Positions 43,566-52,612 of a stretch of DNA of 64,000 nucleotides are shown here, in pieces (position 1 is the first letter of the stretch; each line of letters starts with the position of its first letter). The DNA is taken from the NCBI GenBank assembly GCA_026395685.1, contig JAPLYG010000009.1, positions 81,519 through 145,518 of the forward strand, given 5' to 3'. The notes below the pieces were generated by a model that was given only the letters and a program-made list of their open reading frames with translations, ran no database searches and was not told the DNA's origin. The position numbers and the translations under genes are program-made. Source of the DNA: Candidatus Parcubacteria bacterium (GTDB taxonomy: Bacteria; Patescibacteriota; Patescibacteriia; CAIXNZ01).

Positions 43566-44189
43566 CTATTGCCAATATGCTCCACTTACCTTCCAGACAT
43601 CGTTTTCTTTAACTAAATTCAAAAGTAATTCCTGAGTAAAGGTATTGGATGTCACACTGTCTTTTTTAAATTCCTCGCGCTGGGTAGAAACGCGGACTTC
43701 GGCTGTATTTTTTTCTTCATCAAAAGCCGAGATATTAATATTCAATACTTTTGTCTCAACAGCATAATATTCCGAGGTCGGATGCTTAGAGGAAATTTCA
43801 TTTGTATATGTTTCCAAAACCCACTCTTTCATTTTGGCTGTCATATAATCCTTTATATTGTCAAAATTAACAAAACCCAGCTGATTATTATAACTGCCGT
43901 AATTTTGGGCAAAAACATTTACCAAAGAGGTGATACTTTCCTTATCACCCTTTTTAACATTTTCAGCCTCGGGAATAATATTAGCTGTACCATTTGTAGG
44001 ACTGCCGTTATTATTATTTACTGAATTCCCGTTGGTATTGCCAGTTACCTGCTGATTTATAATATTGGCATTTTCATTTGTCACTAGAGGCTTTTTATTA
44101 ACCATCATCAGCGCCAAATAACCGCCAATAACCAAAATCATTATGATTAAAATGATAATTAGTAATAGAACAATTTTTTTACTCATCAT
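43566..44189 (-). CDS. Bitopic membrane protein (207 aa); possible VirB8-like T4SS component
   Basis: N-terminal TM (IVLLLIIILIIMILVIGGYLALMM), an N/T-rich linker and a ~130-aa C-terminal domain. Its size and topology, and its position immediately downstream of the VirB4-like gene, suggest VirB8. The assignment is inferred, not motif-based. Confidence 0.35.
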   Translation of the reverse strand: MMSKKIVLLLIIILIIMILVIGGYLALMMVNKKPLVTNENANIINQQVTGNTNGNSVNNNNGSPTNGTANIIPEAENVKKGDKESITSLVNVFAQNYGSYNNQLGFVNFDNIKDYMTAKMKEWVLETYTNEISSKHPTSEYYAVETKVLNINISAFDEEKNTAEVRVSTQREEFKKDSVTSNTFTQELLLNLVKENDVWKVSGAYWQ

Positions 44190-44212
44190 AAATTTATTTA
44201 AATATTATTTAA

Positions 44213-46144
44213 TTAAATAGGCAAATCTTCAACACCGGCTACCTTAGGAGTTACTTTACTTCCAGGAGCAACCTCCTTATTCCCCTGTAATTCAAATTCC
44301 CTTTTGGCAGCTTCAATCTCCAAAAGCTGACGGGGATCACTGGTAATAAGCTGGTCTTCAACATATGAGGCAACGACCTGAATAGCTGCGTGCTTGCGTC
44401 CGGCAAAGAAAATTCCTTCCCCTACCCCGCACTCCAAAAGCAGATATTTTTCACCTTCGGTAAGCACAAAAATTTGTTTAACCGTTTCAATCGAAGCGGG
44501 TGATTGTTTCAATAATAGCTGCATGGCTGAATTGGTTACAATTGCCTTGCCATAAGGATTGTTTAAAAAATCATTGACGTCCTGGGTAATAGTGGTGACT
44601 CCCAAATAATATTTGCGGCATCTTTTTACCAGGGCATAAATAAATTTTGCCGAATCTTCGCTTGTCATCAACCACCAAGCCTCGTCAATAACCATAATTC
44701 TTTTTTTTGTTATGGATCTGACAACATTCCAGATATAATTTACAATTGTATAAATTGCTATCGGCCTTAATTCGTCTTCCAAGTCTCGGACAGAAAACGC
44801 TACTAATTGATTGTTCATATCTACATTAGTCGGGGCATTAAACAAGCCGGAGAAAGTGCCGTCAGTATATTTTTTCAGACGGATACTCAATGATTCTGCC
44901 CCCAGCATACCAGATAAAATATTGTGCAAATCCTGCATGACCGGCACTTCTACTGTCGCTAAATCTGATTGCGGAGTAATATCTTTGCTGGCATAGGTCT
45001 CGATCAAAGCCCGATCCAGAATGGAATCTTCTTCCACGGTGAGCTTGCCCAGCATTAGGCGCAACAAGCCTTTTAAGGTAATAACCGCGCTGCGGATAAT
45101 ATCTTCGGTGGAGGCATCGCCGATTGATCTGGGCAAATCGAAAGGATTTATTTTATTTTTTGAAGACAAAGAAATATCGACAAAGGTGCCGCCGACTGCT
45201 TCAGTCAGGTGCAAATATTCTCTTTCCGGATCAATAATAATCACATCAGTTCCCAACATCAGGCTGCGTAAAACTTCTAATTTAACAGCGTAGCTTTTGC
45301 CGGCGCCTGAAGTGGCAAAAACCACAGCATTGGCATTTTGCATGGAAAAACGATCAAATAAAACCAAGCTGTTATTATGTCTGTTAATGCCGTATAAAAT
45401 ACCATCATCTGAGGTTAGCTCTGAAGAAATAAAGGGAAAAGAAGAAGCGCACGGTGACGTATTCATGTTAAAGGAAATCGTCAATTCATCATCGCAAAGC
45501 GGCAAAGTGGAATTGAAGCCCTGTTCTGACTGGTAAAAAACCTTGCGGCTATAAATCAGCTTACCGCCCAACATTGACTCGATTTCACTGGTTAGCTGAT
45601 CCATTTCTTCCTTGCTATTGGTATAAAACGTTATATAAAGGCCAAATTGAAAAAAATGCTCAATGCCCTGAGTCAGGTCATCCCTTAATTTTTCAATGTC
45701 TTTGATACCGGTTTCCAAAATCGGATCGCGGGGTGCGCCTTTTTCAACATCTGACATTAATTGCGCTTCCATATTGCCGACCCTCTTTTTTAGCTGCTTT
45801 AGGATAATATCAGCTTTGACAGGATAAAAATACATAGCCACATCCAAAGTCCTGCTCAAATTCACAATTGGCGTAAACCAGCCAACTGTTATATAGCGCG
45901 GATAATTAACCACAAATATGGTACGCACAAACTGATCTCCAAGCATTATCCAAAACGGCTTAACTTCAAAAGATGCCGGGGCAATCAAATCCTTCACTTC
46001 CACTAAGCCGCGGCGATAAATTTTCTCTTCCTGCAGAGTTACTGTTTCGGCCTTGCTTTTTACCGGCTCTTTTGGTCCTTTGCCTTTAAGCGGTACCGGC
46101 GACCGGGGGGCTGCTTGATTGAATTGACTGATATCAAGTGCCAT
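44213..46144 (-). CDS. VirB4/TrbE-family type IV secretion ATPase (ATPase core)
   Basis: Walker A (FATSGAGKSY) and Walker B (RIMVIDEAWW), plus conserved IYRRGLVEV...NYPRYITVGWF and TQDVNDF regions typical of VirB4/TraE/PrgJ. Confidence 0.75.
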   Translation of the reverse strand: MALDISQFNQAAPRSPVPLKGKGPKEPVKSKAETVTLQEEKIYRRGLVEVKDLIAPASFEVKPFWIMLGDQFVRTIFVVNYPRYITVGWFTPIVNLSRTLDVAMYFYPVKADIILKQLKKRVGNMEAQLMSDVEKGAPRDPILETGIKDIEKLRDDLTQGIEHFFQFGLYITFYTNSKEEMDQLTSEIESMLGGKLIYSRKVFYQSEQGFNSTLPLCDDELTISFNMNTSPCASSFPFISSELTSDDGILYGINRHNNSLVLFDRFSMQNANAVVFATSGAGKSYAVKLEVLRSLMLGTDVIIIDPEREYLHLTEAVGGTFVDISLSSKNKINPFDLPRSIGDASTEDIIRSAVITLKGLLRLMLGKLTVEEDSILDRALIETYASKDITPQSDLATVEVPVMQDLHNILSGMLGAESLSIRLKKYTDGTFSGLFNAPTNVDMNNQLVAFSVRDLEDELRPIAIYTIVNYIWNVVRSITKKRIMVIDEAWWLMTSEDSAKFIYALVKRCRKYYLGVTTITQDVNDFLNNPYGKAIVTNSAMQLLLKQSPASIETVKQIFVLTEGEKYLLLECGVGEGIFFAGRKHAAIQVVASYVEDQLITSDPRQLLEIEAAKREFELQGNKEVAPGSKVTPKVAGVEDLPI

Positions 46145-46147
46145 AAA

Positions 46148-46801
46148 TTATCTTTCTAAATTAAACTGAGTTAAATCCTTAATTTTTTGATTTTGGCTGG
46201 TCGTCGGATTATAGCAATTATAATACAGCTCAATCAATCCCTGAGTGTCCAGTGCAACGCTGTCAATGCCCATAGACTGCAGATTGGATCGTATATTATT
46301 AACCCTGAGCATTAATTCTTCCTTATATTTGGAAAAAACTTCCTTTCTTACTTTAATGATTTCTACCGGAAAAAGAGTTTCCTGAACTCTAGTAAAAAAA
46401 GATCTTTGTTTCTTTGAACCGGCCGGATGAAAGGGCACTACTACAAAAAACTTTTTGGTCATTATTTCATTCATTTCAATCAGCTGGCCGATATAATCAA
46501 TATAACCGGCTATTTGATTCCTCAAAAGCTCATTTTGCTGCAATTTTTCCGCTTCTTTTAAACGGCGGATATAACCCTCAATGTCTAATTTGCGCGACTG
46601 AATTACAATCTGTAAAGGATGGTCCAGGGAATTCAAAAACTGCATATATGATGAAATCAAAGCATTTTGTTCATCCTCGCCTTTCAAGGCGAAATTAACA
46701 CTGGAGCACATCAAAACAGCTCTTAAGGTGCCGTCGTGCATGATTACTATATCATCGCGGAATTCGGCCATTTGTAAATATTTTTGTACGGGAGCTGGCA
46801 T
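46148..46801 (-). CDS. VirB4 N-terminal (CagE/TrbE/VirB) domain, separated from the ATPase core by a single in-frame TAA
   Basis: DGTLRAVLMCSSVNFALKGEDEQNALISSYMQFLNSLDHPLQIVIQS resembles the N-terminal region of Gram-positive-type VirB4 homologues. It is in the same frame as 44213-46144: stop codon, one codon (TTT), then ATG. Confidence 0.55.
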   Translation of the reverse strand: MPAPVQKYLQMAEFRDDIVIMHDGTLRAVLMCSSVNFALKGEDEQNALISSYMQFLNSLDHPLQIVIQSRKLDIEGYIRRLKEAEKLQQNELLRNQIAGYIDYIGQLIEMNEIMTKKFFVVVPFHPAGSKKQRSFFTRVQETLFPVEIIKVRKEVFSKYKEELMLRVNNIRSNLQSMGIDSVALDTQGLIELYYNCYNPTTSQNQKIKDLTQFNLER

Positions 46802-46835
46802 ATTTTATATTATTATAAAAGTCAAAATTCAATAA

Positions 46836-47261
46836 TTATTCTTCTTCCTGATACGCACCGCCGGTATTAATGATCAAGCTTAAGGATGAAAGACGGGAGG
46901 TAACAAGCGGCGGTTTGATAATAAATTCTTTTTTCACTTCCATCTTCTCCGCTTTGACCACAGCCCGGGGCTCTACTTTTTTCCAAATTCGCATCTTAGG
47001 CTTTTTCAGAGTCTGCAGCAAATTAAGAAAAAAATAATGCATCGGCATGCCATTTATTTTAAAAAAAGCGATTAATAAAAATATTAAGGTAATTATAAGA
47101 GCAGATACAATAAAATAAGTAAAATTCATCGTCTTATACAATATAAAATCAATCATGGCGCAGACCATCATAATTAAAAACTGCCTAGTGGTAACCGGGC
47201 CGATAATTTTTGTTTCAATATCAATAAATTGGGGGACCAAAAATGGTCCAAGCATTGACAT
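46836..47261 (-). CDS. Small two-TM membrane protein, VirB3/PrgI-like (putative)
   Basis: 141 aa with two TM helices (FLIMMVCAMIDFILY; FIVSALIITLIFLLIAFF), placed immediately upstream of the VirB4 N-domain as VirB3 usually is. Confidence 0.35.
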   Translation of the reverse strand: MSMLGPFLVPQFIDIETKIIGPVTTRQFLIMMVCAMIDFILYKTMNFTYFIVSALIITLIFLLIAFFKINGMPMHYFFLNLLQTLKKPKMRIWKKVEPRAVVKAEKMEVKKEFIIKPPLVTSRLSSLSLIINTGGAYQEEE

Positions 47262-47319
47262 AATTTATAAAGGCTAAAGGCTTAATTTTAAATTTAAAAT
47301 TAAAAATTTAAAATTATCA

Positions 47320-48540
47320 TCAATATTTAAGACTCTTATTCAGTTCCATGATTGCCTTGAATTCAACCAAAGTCAAATCCCCCCGTTCCTTGATAACCTG
47401 TTCAAAAGACTTGCCCTCCAAAAGGGATTTATTCATGATCTCCGCATAAACCTTGTATAAAGGGCTGGATTTCAGAGCTAAAACTCCCTGAGAGCGCTTA
47501 ACCACTGATTCGCCTTCTAATATTTCCAGCTTATCGGCAATTTTCTGAACTGCTTGAATCGGATCTTTGGACAAACGGCGAAAATCAGTCAAAGTCAAAG
47601 CTGCTAATTCATCAACGGGACCATACAATTTCGGCTCAAACTTGACGTCTGAAAACTGGGGCCTGCTTTTGGGTTCATTTCTCTTAACCATCGGCTGATT
47701 CACGGGCATAACTGGCTGTATTGGCTCAGGAGCTCTGGTTATGGCGGGAGAAGCCAGCGGCGCTTGAGTATTTGCCTGCGGCGCCGGCAATTCTTTTTGA
47801 CTTTGTAGAAAATCTTCTTCTTCCATGATTTCTTCGACCAGGTCAGGCTGTGCTTGCCGAAGAGGAGCCGCTGTTTTTCCCAAAGACAGTCCTCTTTCTT
47901 TAAGTAAATCTTCAATATTAGTTTCTTGTTTTGGCGCTATCTGTTCCAAAAGATCAAAAGACTTTTTCGGCTTGGCCGCCACATCAATTTCCTGTTCACT
48001 GACATTGCTAACCGGCTGGACTGTCTGCTGTTTTAAATCAATTCCTCTTTTTTGCCAGTCTGCTTTTTTGATACGCAGAATTTGCAGCAGCTTTTCAACA
48101 GCTTCCAGGCCAAGTCCGACACCGCCGATTTTTTCAGATTTCAAAAGTGAATCTTTAAATTCAATTTCATCGCGGATATCCTGCAGATATGAAAGGATCA
48201 GCTTAACCAGGCGATCAGTCATTATTTCATCCGGGTAAATATCGGACTGAGCTATCAATGCCTTTATTTCCGTCTGCAAATCAAAATTCATTGCCTGCTG
48301 GCTTTTTAATTCTTCCAGCAAAGAGGCCTTATCCTTTTCCGGCAGAAGATTCATTTCCACTGACAAATCAATGGCAGCATCAATATCCATATTCAAAACC
48401 TTATGCAGGCTATAGCCGACTTTTTTTGCTTCGACTTCGCCTGAAAGAGCCGTCTGTGCCAGCTGGCTAAAAGTCCCCACATCCTGAATATTATATTTTT
48501 TTACTAATTCTGAAAAAATGTTTGAATTCATAATCTGCAT
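47320..48540 (-). CDS. Hypothetical acidic coiled-coil protein (406 aa) in the T4SS-like cluster
   Basis: Long ORF with a Pro/Gln-rich middle (PAPQANTQAPLASPAITRAPEPIQP). No known domain. Confidence 0.4.
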   Translation of the reverse strand: MQIMNSNIFSELVKKYNIQDVGTFSQLAQTALSGEVEAKKVGYSLHKVLNMDIDAAIDLSVEMNLLPEKDKASLLEELKSQQAMNFDLQTEIKALIAQSDIYPDEIMTDRLVKLILSYLQDIRDEIEFKDSLLKSEKIGGVGLGLEAVEKLLQILRIKKADWQKRGIDLKQQTVQPVSNVSEQEIDVAAKPKKSFDLLEQIAPKQETNIEDLLKERGLSLGKTAAPLRQAQPDLVEEIMEEEDFLQSQKELPAPQANTQAPLASPAITRAPEPIQPVMPVNQPMVKRNEPKSRPQFSDVKFEPKLYGPVDELAALTLTDFRRLSKDPIQAVQKIADKLEILEGESVVKRSQGVLALKSSPLYKVYAEIMNKSLLEGKSFEQVIKERGDLTLVEFKAIMELNKSLKY

Positions 48541-48565
48541 TAATTTAAAGAGGAAATTAAATGGG

Positions 48566-51500
48566 CTAAGTTTTTTCCAAAGACTTTACATTAGAGGCAA
48601 TATCAGTCAAAGAGCGCCTGACTCTGTCCTTGTCCTGTATCGCCAGCGGATTAGTCTGGATCTCCCGGACTAAATTGGTCATGGAATCTCGCAGTTTATT
48701 AGCCACTGACTGGTCAAATCTCGCACCCAAGCTTTCCTCCATCTTTTTGAGTCCGCTATCAAGATTTTCCTGCATTCTTTTCACTCCCCTCAAAAGCAAA
48801 TCATTGGTAGCAGCACCATCAACGGCCGTAGTACCGGCCTTTATAAAATTATTATAATAATTAGAAACATTTACTGTCGTGGTAGTAGAACTAGGTGCTG
48901 CCTCCGGTCTTGGAGCTGGAGCAGGAGCTGGAGCTGGCGCAGGTGCTGGTTCAGCAGTTCCTGCTGGCGCAGGTGCTGCGGGTTTTGGCTTAGGTGCTGG
49001 AGGAGGAGTTCCTGCTGGCGGAGGAGTCCCTGCTGGCGGTGGTGTAACTGGTGGCTCTTCCTCTTCCTCAGGTTCCTCTTCAGCTGATATATCTACATCT
49101 TTATCTCCTCTTTTTCTGGGAATAGCAAACTTATAGAAGCCAATACCTTGGGCTCGGCTCAAAATACCATACATTTGTCCGCGCTGTCCCTTTAGGTCTT
49201 TACCCTTCAACTCTTCTAATTCTCCAATTAATTCCTCAAGCTTATCAATCTCCATAAATTCAGGAGAATAACCGGCAGTTTCAACTTCTTCCCTGATAGA
49301 ATATGCCAACGCCTCTAACCCTGCCTGAGCACTGGTAATTTTATCAGGAGTAGCTTGACCACTATTAACCTTGGCCAAAAGTCTTTTCAATCTGTCAGAA
49401 ACTTTGCTTTCAGAAGTATTCTTAATCTCACGCTGGTTAATGACATCTCCGCCATGCTCAACATAATCCGCATTGATTTCATCAAAATTTTCTATCTGTC
49501 CGACTTCTGTTGTAGCCATTTTCTTCATACTGCGGGAAACTATTTCTTGTGCCTGTTGCGGAGGTACACCTTTAACTGATTCTAATAAATCCGGCATTTC
49601 TTTTTCCATTTTACTAATAACTTCAGCTGCATTTCGTTCTTGCGGAGTAACTGCTTTGCCCTCACGCATCTTATCCTTAATGCCTCTATAATCATAAAGC
49701 GAGTATTCTTCGCCTTTAATCTTAAATTTCTTTCTTTGTCCGCTTTGATTAAAGAAGATAACTTCAGCCATTTCCTTGCTGGTTTCTCCAGTGACAATAT
49801 CATGGCCAGTACCCTGGACATATTTACCGCCACTAGTCTTATAGCCTTCCTGCAAAGCCTGCATATTTTCCGTGGAATACAACTCTTTATGCATCAAATC
49901 CATCTGCTCTACTTTGCCTTTAATAAACTTATCTCTTGCCTCACCGGTTAAACCTTTTTTGCCTGCTTCTTCTTCAGCATATTTCCTTCTGCCTGCTTCA
50001 TCCTTAGAAGCTGTAATATAGTGCAGCTGCATATCTTCTTCCTTATCCTTAATGAATTTCTTTTTTTCTTCCGGAGTAGTTATTCTGCCTTCTTTTTCCT
50101 CTTTATCTGCTAAATCTGCTACGAGCTTCTTCCTCTCAGCGTCTGTTCCTGTTATCACTTTAATCAGATCACCGGTTGCTTTCTTGCCATTTTTCAGACC
50201 CTGTTCGCCAGACTGCTTCATGCGACCGGCATTTTTTGACAGACCCATCCACAACGCCATTTTTTGCGCAATATTTCCTTCAGCCAGACTTCCTGCCTGC
50301 TTATTATTCATCGCCTTAGTTACCTTTGAAGTATCAGCTGCAGCCGCACTCTTCATCGTGTCTTTAGCTTTTTGGATTTCACCTGCCGTACCAGCCTGCA
50401 CCAGTTGAAATTCATTGGTTTCAGGATTTCTGACTACAGCTGAAACAGATATGCGGTAACCGGTTTTTTCCTCATGTTTATCCTCCCATTTTTTTGATAA
50501 TGCTTCCATATTGGCAACACCTCCTTTAGCTGATTTTTCCAGATCAATTACTTTCTTGCCGGTGGTTTCATCTGTTTTTGTTTTAATACCATAATGTTCA
50601 AAAACACCCAAGTCTAAAGCTTTCTGCATATCATTATCATCAATTAAACCCTGCTCACCTTTGAGATTTAAAAGCGCCAGAAAACGATCGCCGGTAGCAG
50701 TTTTCATCCGCTCGTTAAGTATTTTCGGATCTTTATCTGAACCAACCAGGCGTTCTTGTTTTTCATAATTCTCAATTTCTTTTTGTCTTTGTTCCACCAA
50801 AGCGCCCGGCTTGCCGCCGATCCATTTTTCTACTTGGGCAGTCGAACGCTCTCCCAGAGTTTCACGTCCTTTTTTGGTGGCTACCAGACGAATACCTTTG
50901 GAAATAGCGCCAGAGATGCCACCGCCACGTTCTACTCTTTCTAATCCTTCCTTAGCTGTTAAGCCGGCATATTGTCCGACTTTTCCGGCTGACCATTTGG
51001 CTGTGCGCTCCATTCTGCCCAAAGTCGCATCCTGGATCTTGCCTGCTGCTTTGCCTGCATAGCTGGCGCCCAAAACTTTCATTTCAGAAGTAAATTTCAA
51101 ACCGGCGACCAGCATAATAATGCCCAGCATGTACTTGATAACATAATCCAGACGCCCGGCTTTGGAATTCGCCACTGCATCATCCAGATTTGCCTGTCCC
51201 AGTCCGCCTTCACTGACCTTGGCCAGTTCCGTGGCATACATTACCGTATAATTATTGTTCAGTGTCAGAATTGAAATCCATAAAAAGAAAGCTAAAAGCG
51301 GCCCAACCAGGCAGTATTCTATAAAACTGTTTAACCAACGGCTGCCATAACCTCCGATTCTGCCGCTGACTCCGGTAAAAGCCATAGAAGCAAAGGCAAG
51401 CGGTGAAAAAACAACCAAAACCCAAAGGACAATTATTCTAAAAATTAAAATAATCAGAAAGATCGCGACCACAATCAAGGCGACGACCACATACATGAGC

Positions 51501-52606
51501 CCCAGTAATTTGGAAGAAATCAGCTGGAAGCTGGTTAAGCCTTCATTATTGGTAATCGGATCCCAGATATCGCGCATGCCTAACCCTTTAAATAAGTTCT
51601 CCCCGAGGATATCTTTATAAGCATTAACAAAAGTAAACATCACAACCTGAGACAGGTCGATGATCAGCCCGCAAATTGTACGGGAAAAATTAACCACCAC
51701 GGCCATGATCAGCAGTTTCGGCAAAAGCTTCTGCCACTGGTATCTTTCAATTTTCAGCACCGTAACAAAAGCCACAAAAAGCAAAGCCAGCACGAAAAAC
51801 ATATTGACCAGATCGCGCAAAACAATCCACCCCTGAATAACATAATATGAATTGATAAAATGATTAAATTTACTGACATTAACCACAAGCTCAAAAAATG
51901 CCACTAAAAGTTTGCCCAAAAGGCCGATAACTATATTTATAATAAAAGCCAGCACCTGGATTACAGCATTTGCCTCCTTGTTCCCCTCCTGGGATGTTTG
52001 CCCGTCACCGGTGCCTGTTGATGCAGGCGCAGGCGTCTCAGTCGCTGGGCTAACTTTAGGCTTACAGCAAATTGGCGCAGCCGCCTCACTACAATCCATT
52101 ACCGGAATCTCATCTTCAGTAGTCGTATCACAGCTAGGGCCGGGGCTACAATTGCCTCCTGCTGCAGCACATGCTGTTCCCGGAGCTGTCGGCGCTAAAG
52201 GCGCTGCCGTAGGTTTACAACAAACAGGAGTAGCCCCACTACATTCTGAGCCAGGAGCAAGAGTATCAGGACCAAGACAACCGCCATTAATTACACACGT
52301 GCCATTTTCAGTTGCTGTGCCTGTAGGTGTCTTGCCAGTACAGGGGGTAGCTGCCGGAGCTGCGCAACAAAAAGTCTCAGTGGCTGCACAAGCAGTCATG
52401 CCGGCAGGTACTGTGGTAATAGTCAAATTACTGGGAGTACACACACTTGCAGAACAAGTACCATTTTTCGGTATACCAGCCAAAGTACCATTGCAACTTG
52501 CAGCCAGCACCGGGCTTGCTACAAACAGAAGCAAACCCAGCCCCAGTGTCAGACCAGTCAGGAAAAGGAATGTTAATTTGTTTTTAAGAAAAGATAACAT
52601 CACCAT
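48566..52606 (-). CDS. Polytopic VirB6/TrbL-like membrane protein with Cys/Thr-rich N-terminal ectodomain and a long disordered, Pro-rich C-terminal tail (1346 aa)
   Basis: Signal peptide, Cys-rich region, then six or more TM helices in residues about 210-450, consistent with VirB6-like topology. This is followed by ~800 aa of K/E-rich coiled sequence and PPVTPPPAGTPPPAGTPPPAPKPKPAAPAPA...PAPAPAPAPAP. Confidence 0.45.
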   Translation of the reverse strand: MVMLSFLKNKLTFLFLTGLTLGLGLLLFVASPVLAASCNGTLAGIPKNGTCSASVCTPSNLTITTVPAGMTACAATETFCCAAPAATPCTGKTPTGTATENGTCVINGGCLGPDTLAPGSECSGATPVCCKPTAAPLAPTAPGTACAAAGGNCSPGPSCDTTTEDEIPVMDCSEAAAPICCKPKVSPATETPAPASTGTGDGQTSQEGNKEANAVIQVLAFIINIVIGLLGKLLVAFFELVVNVSKFNHFINSYYVIQGWIVLRDLVNMFFVLALLFVAFVTVLKIERYQWQKLLPKLLIMAVVVNFSRTICGLIIDLSQVVMFTFVNAYKDILGENLFKGLGMRDIWDPITNNEGLTSFQLISSKLLGLMYVVVALIVVAIFLIILIFRIIVLWVLVVFSPLAFASMAFTGVSGRIGGYGSRWLNSFIEYCLVGPLLAFFLWISILTLNNNYTVMYATELAKVSEGGLGQANLDDAVANSKAGRLDYVIKYMLGIIMLVAGLKFTSEMKVLGASYAGKAAGKIQDATLGRMERTAKWSAGKVGQYAGLTAKEGLERVERGGGISGAISKGIRLVATKKGRETLGERSTAQVEKWIGGKPGALVEQRQKEIENYEKQERLVGSDKDPKILNERMKTATGDRFLALLNLKGEQGLIDDNDMQKALDLGVFEHYGIKTKTDETTGKKVIDLEKSAKGGVANMEALSKKWEDKHEEKTGYRISVSAVVRNPETNEFQLVQAGTAGEIQKAKDTMKSAAAADTSKVTKAMNNKQAGSLAEGNIAQKMALWMGLSKNAGRMKQSGEQGLKNGKKATGDLIKVITGTDAERKKLVADLADKEEKEGRITTPEEKKKFIKDKEEDMQLHYITASKDEAGRRKYAEEEAGKKGLTGEARDKFIKGKVEQMDLMHKELYSTENMQALQEGYKTSGGKYVQGTGHDIVTGETSKEMAEVIFFNQSGQRKKFKIKGEEYSLYDYRGIKDKMREGKAVTPQERNAAEVISKMEKEMPDLLESVKGVPPQQAQEIVSRSMKKMATTEVGQIENFDEINADYVEHGGDVINQREIKNTSESKVSDRLKRLLAKVNSGQATPDKITSAQAGLEALAYSIREEVETAGYSPEFMEIDKLEELIGELEELKGKDLKGQRGQMYGILSRAQGIGFYKFAIPRKRGDKDVDISAEEEPEEEEEPPVTPPPAGTPPPAGTPPPAPKPKPAAPAPAGTAEPAPAPAPAPAPAPRPEAAPSSTTTTVNVSNYYNNFIKAGTTAVDGAATNDLLLRGVKRMQENLDSGLKKMEESLGARFDQSVANKLRDSMTNLVREIQTNPLAIQDKDRVRRSLTDIASNVKSLEKT
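48879..49060. repeat. Tandem GC-rich microsatellite-like repeats encoding the PAPAPA/PPAGTPPP tract
   Basis: (gctgga)n/(gcaggt)n and two-and-a-half copies of ggaggagtYcctgctggcgg lie inside the 1346-aa gene. Confidence 0.6.
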
Positions 52607-52612
52607 AATTTA

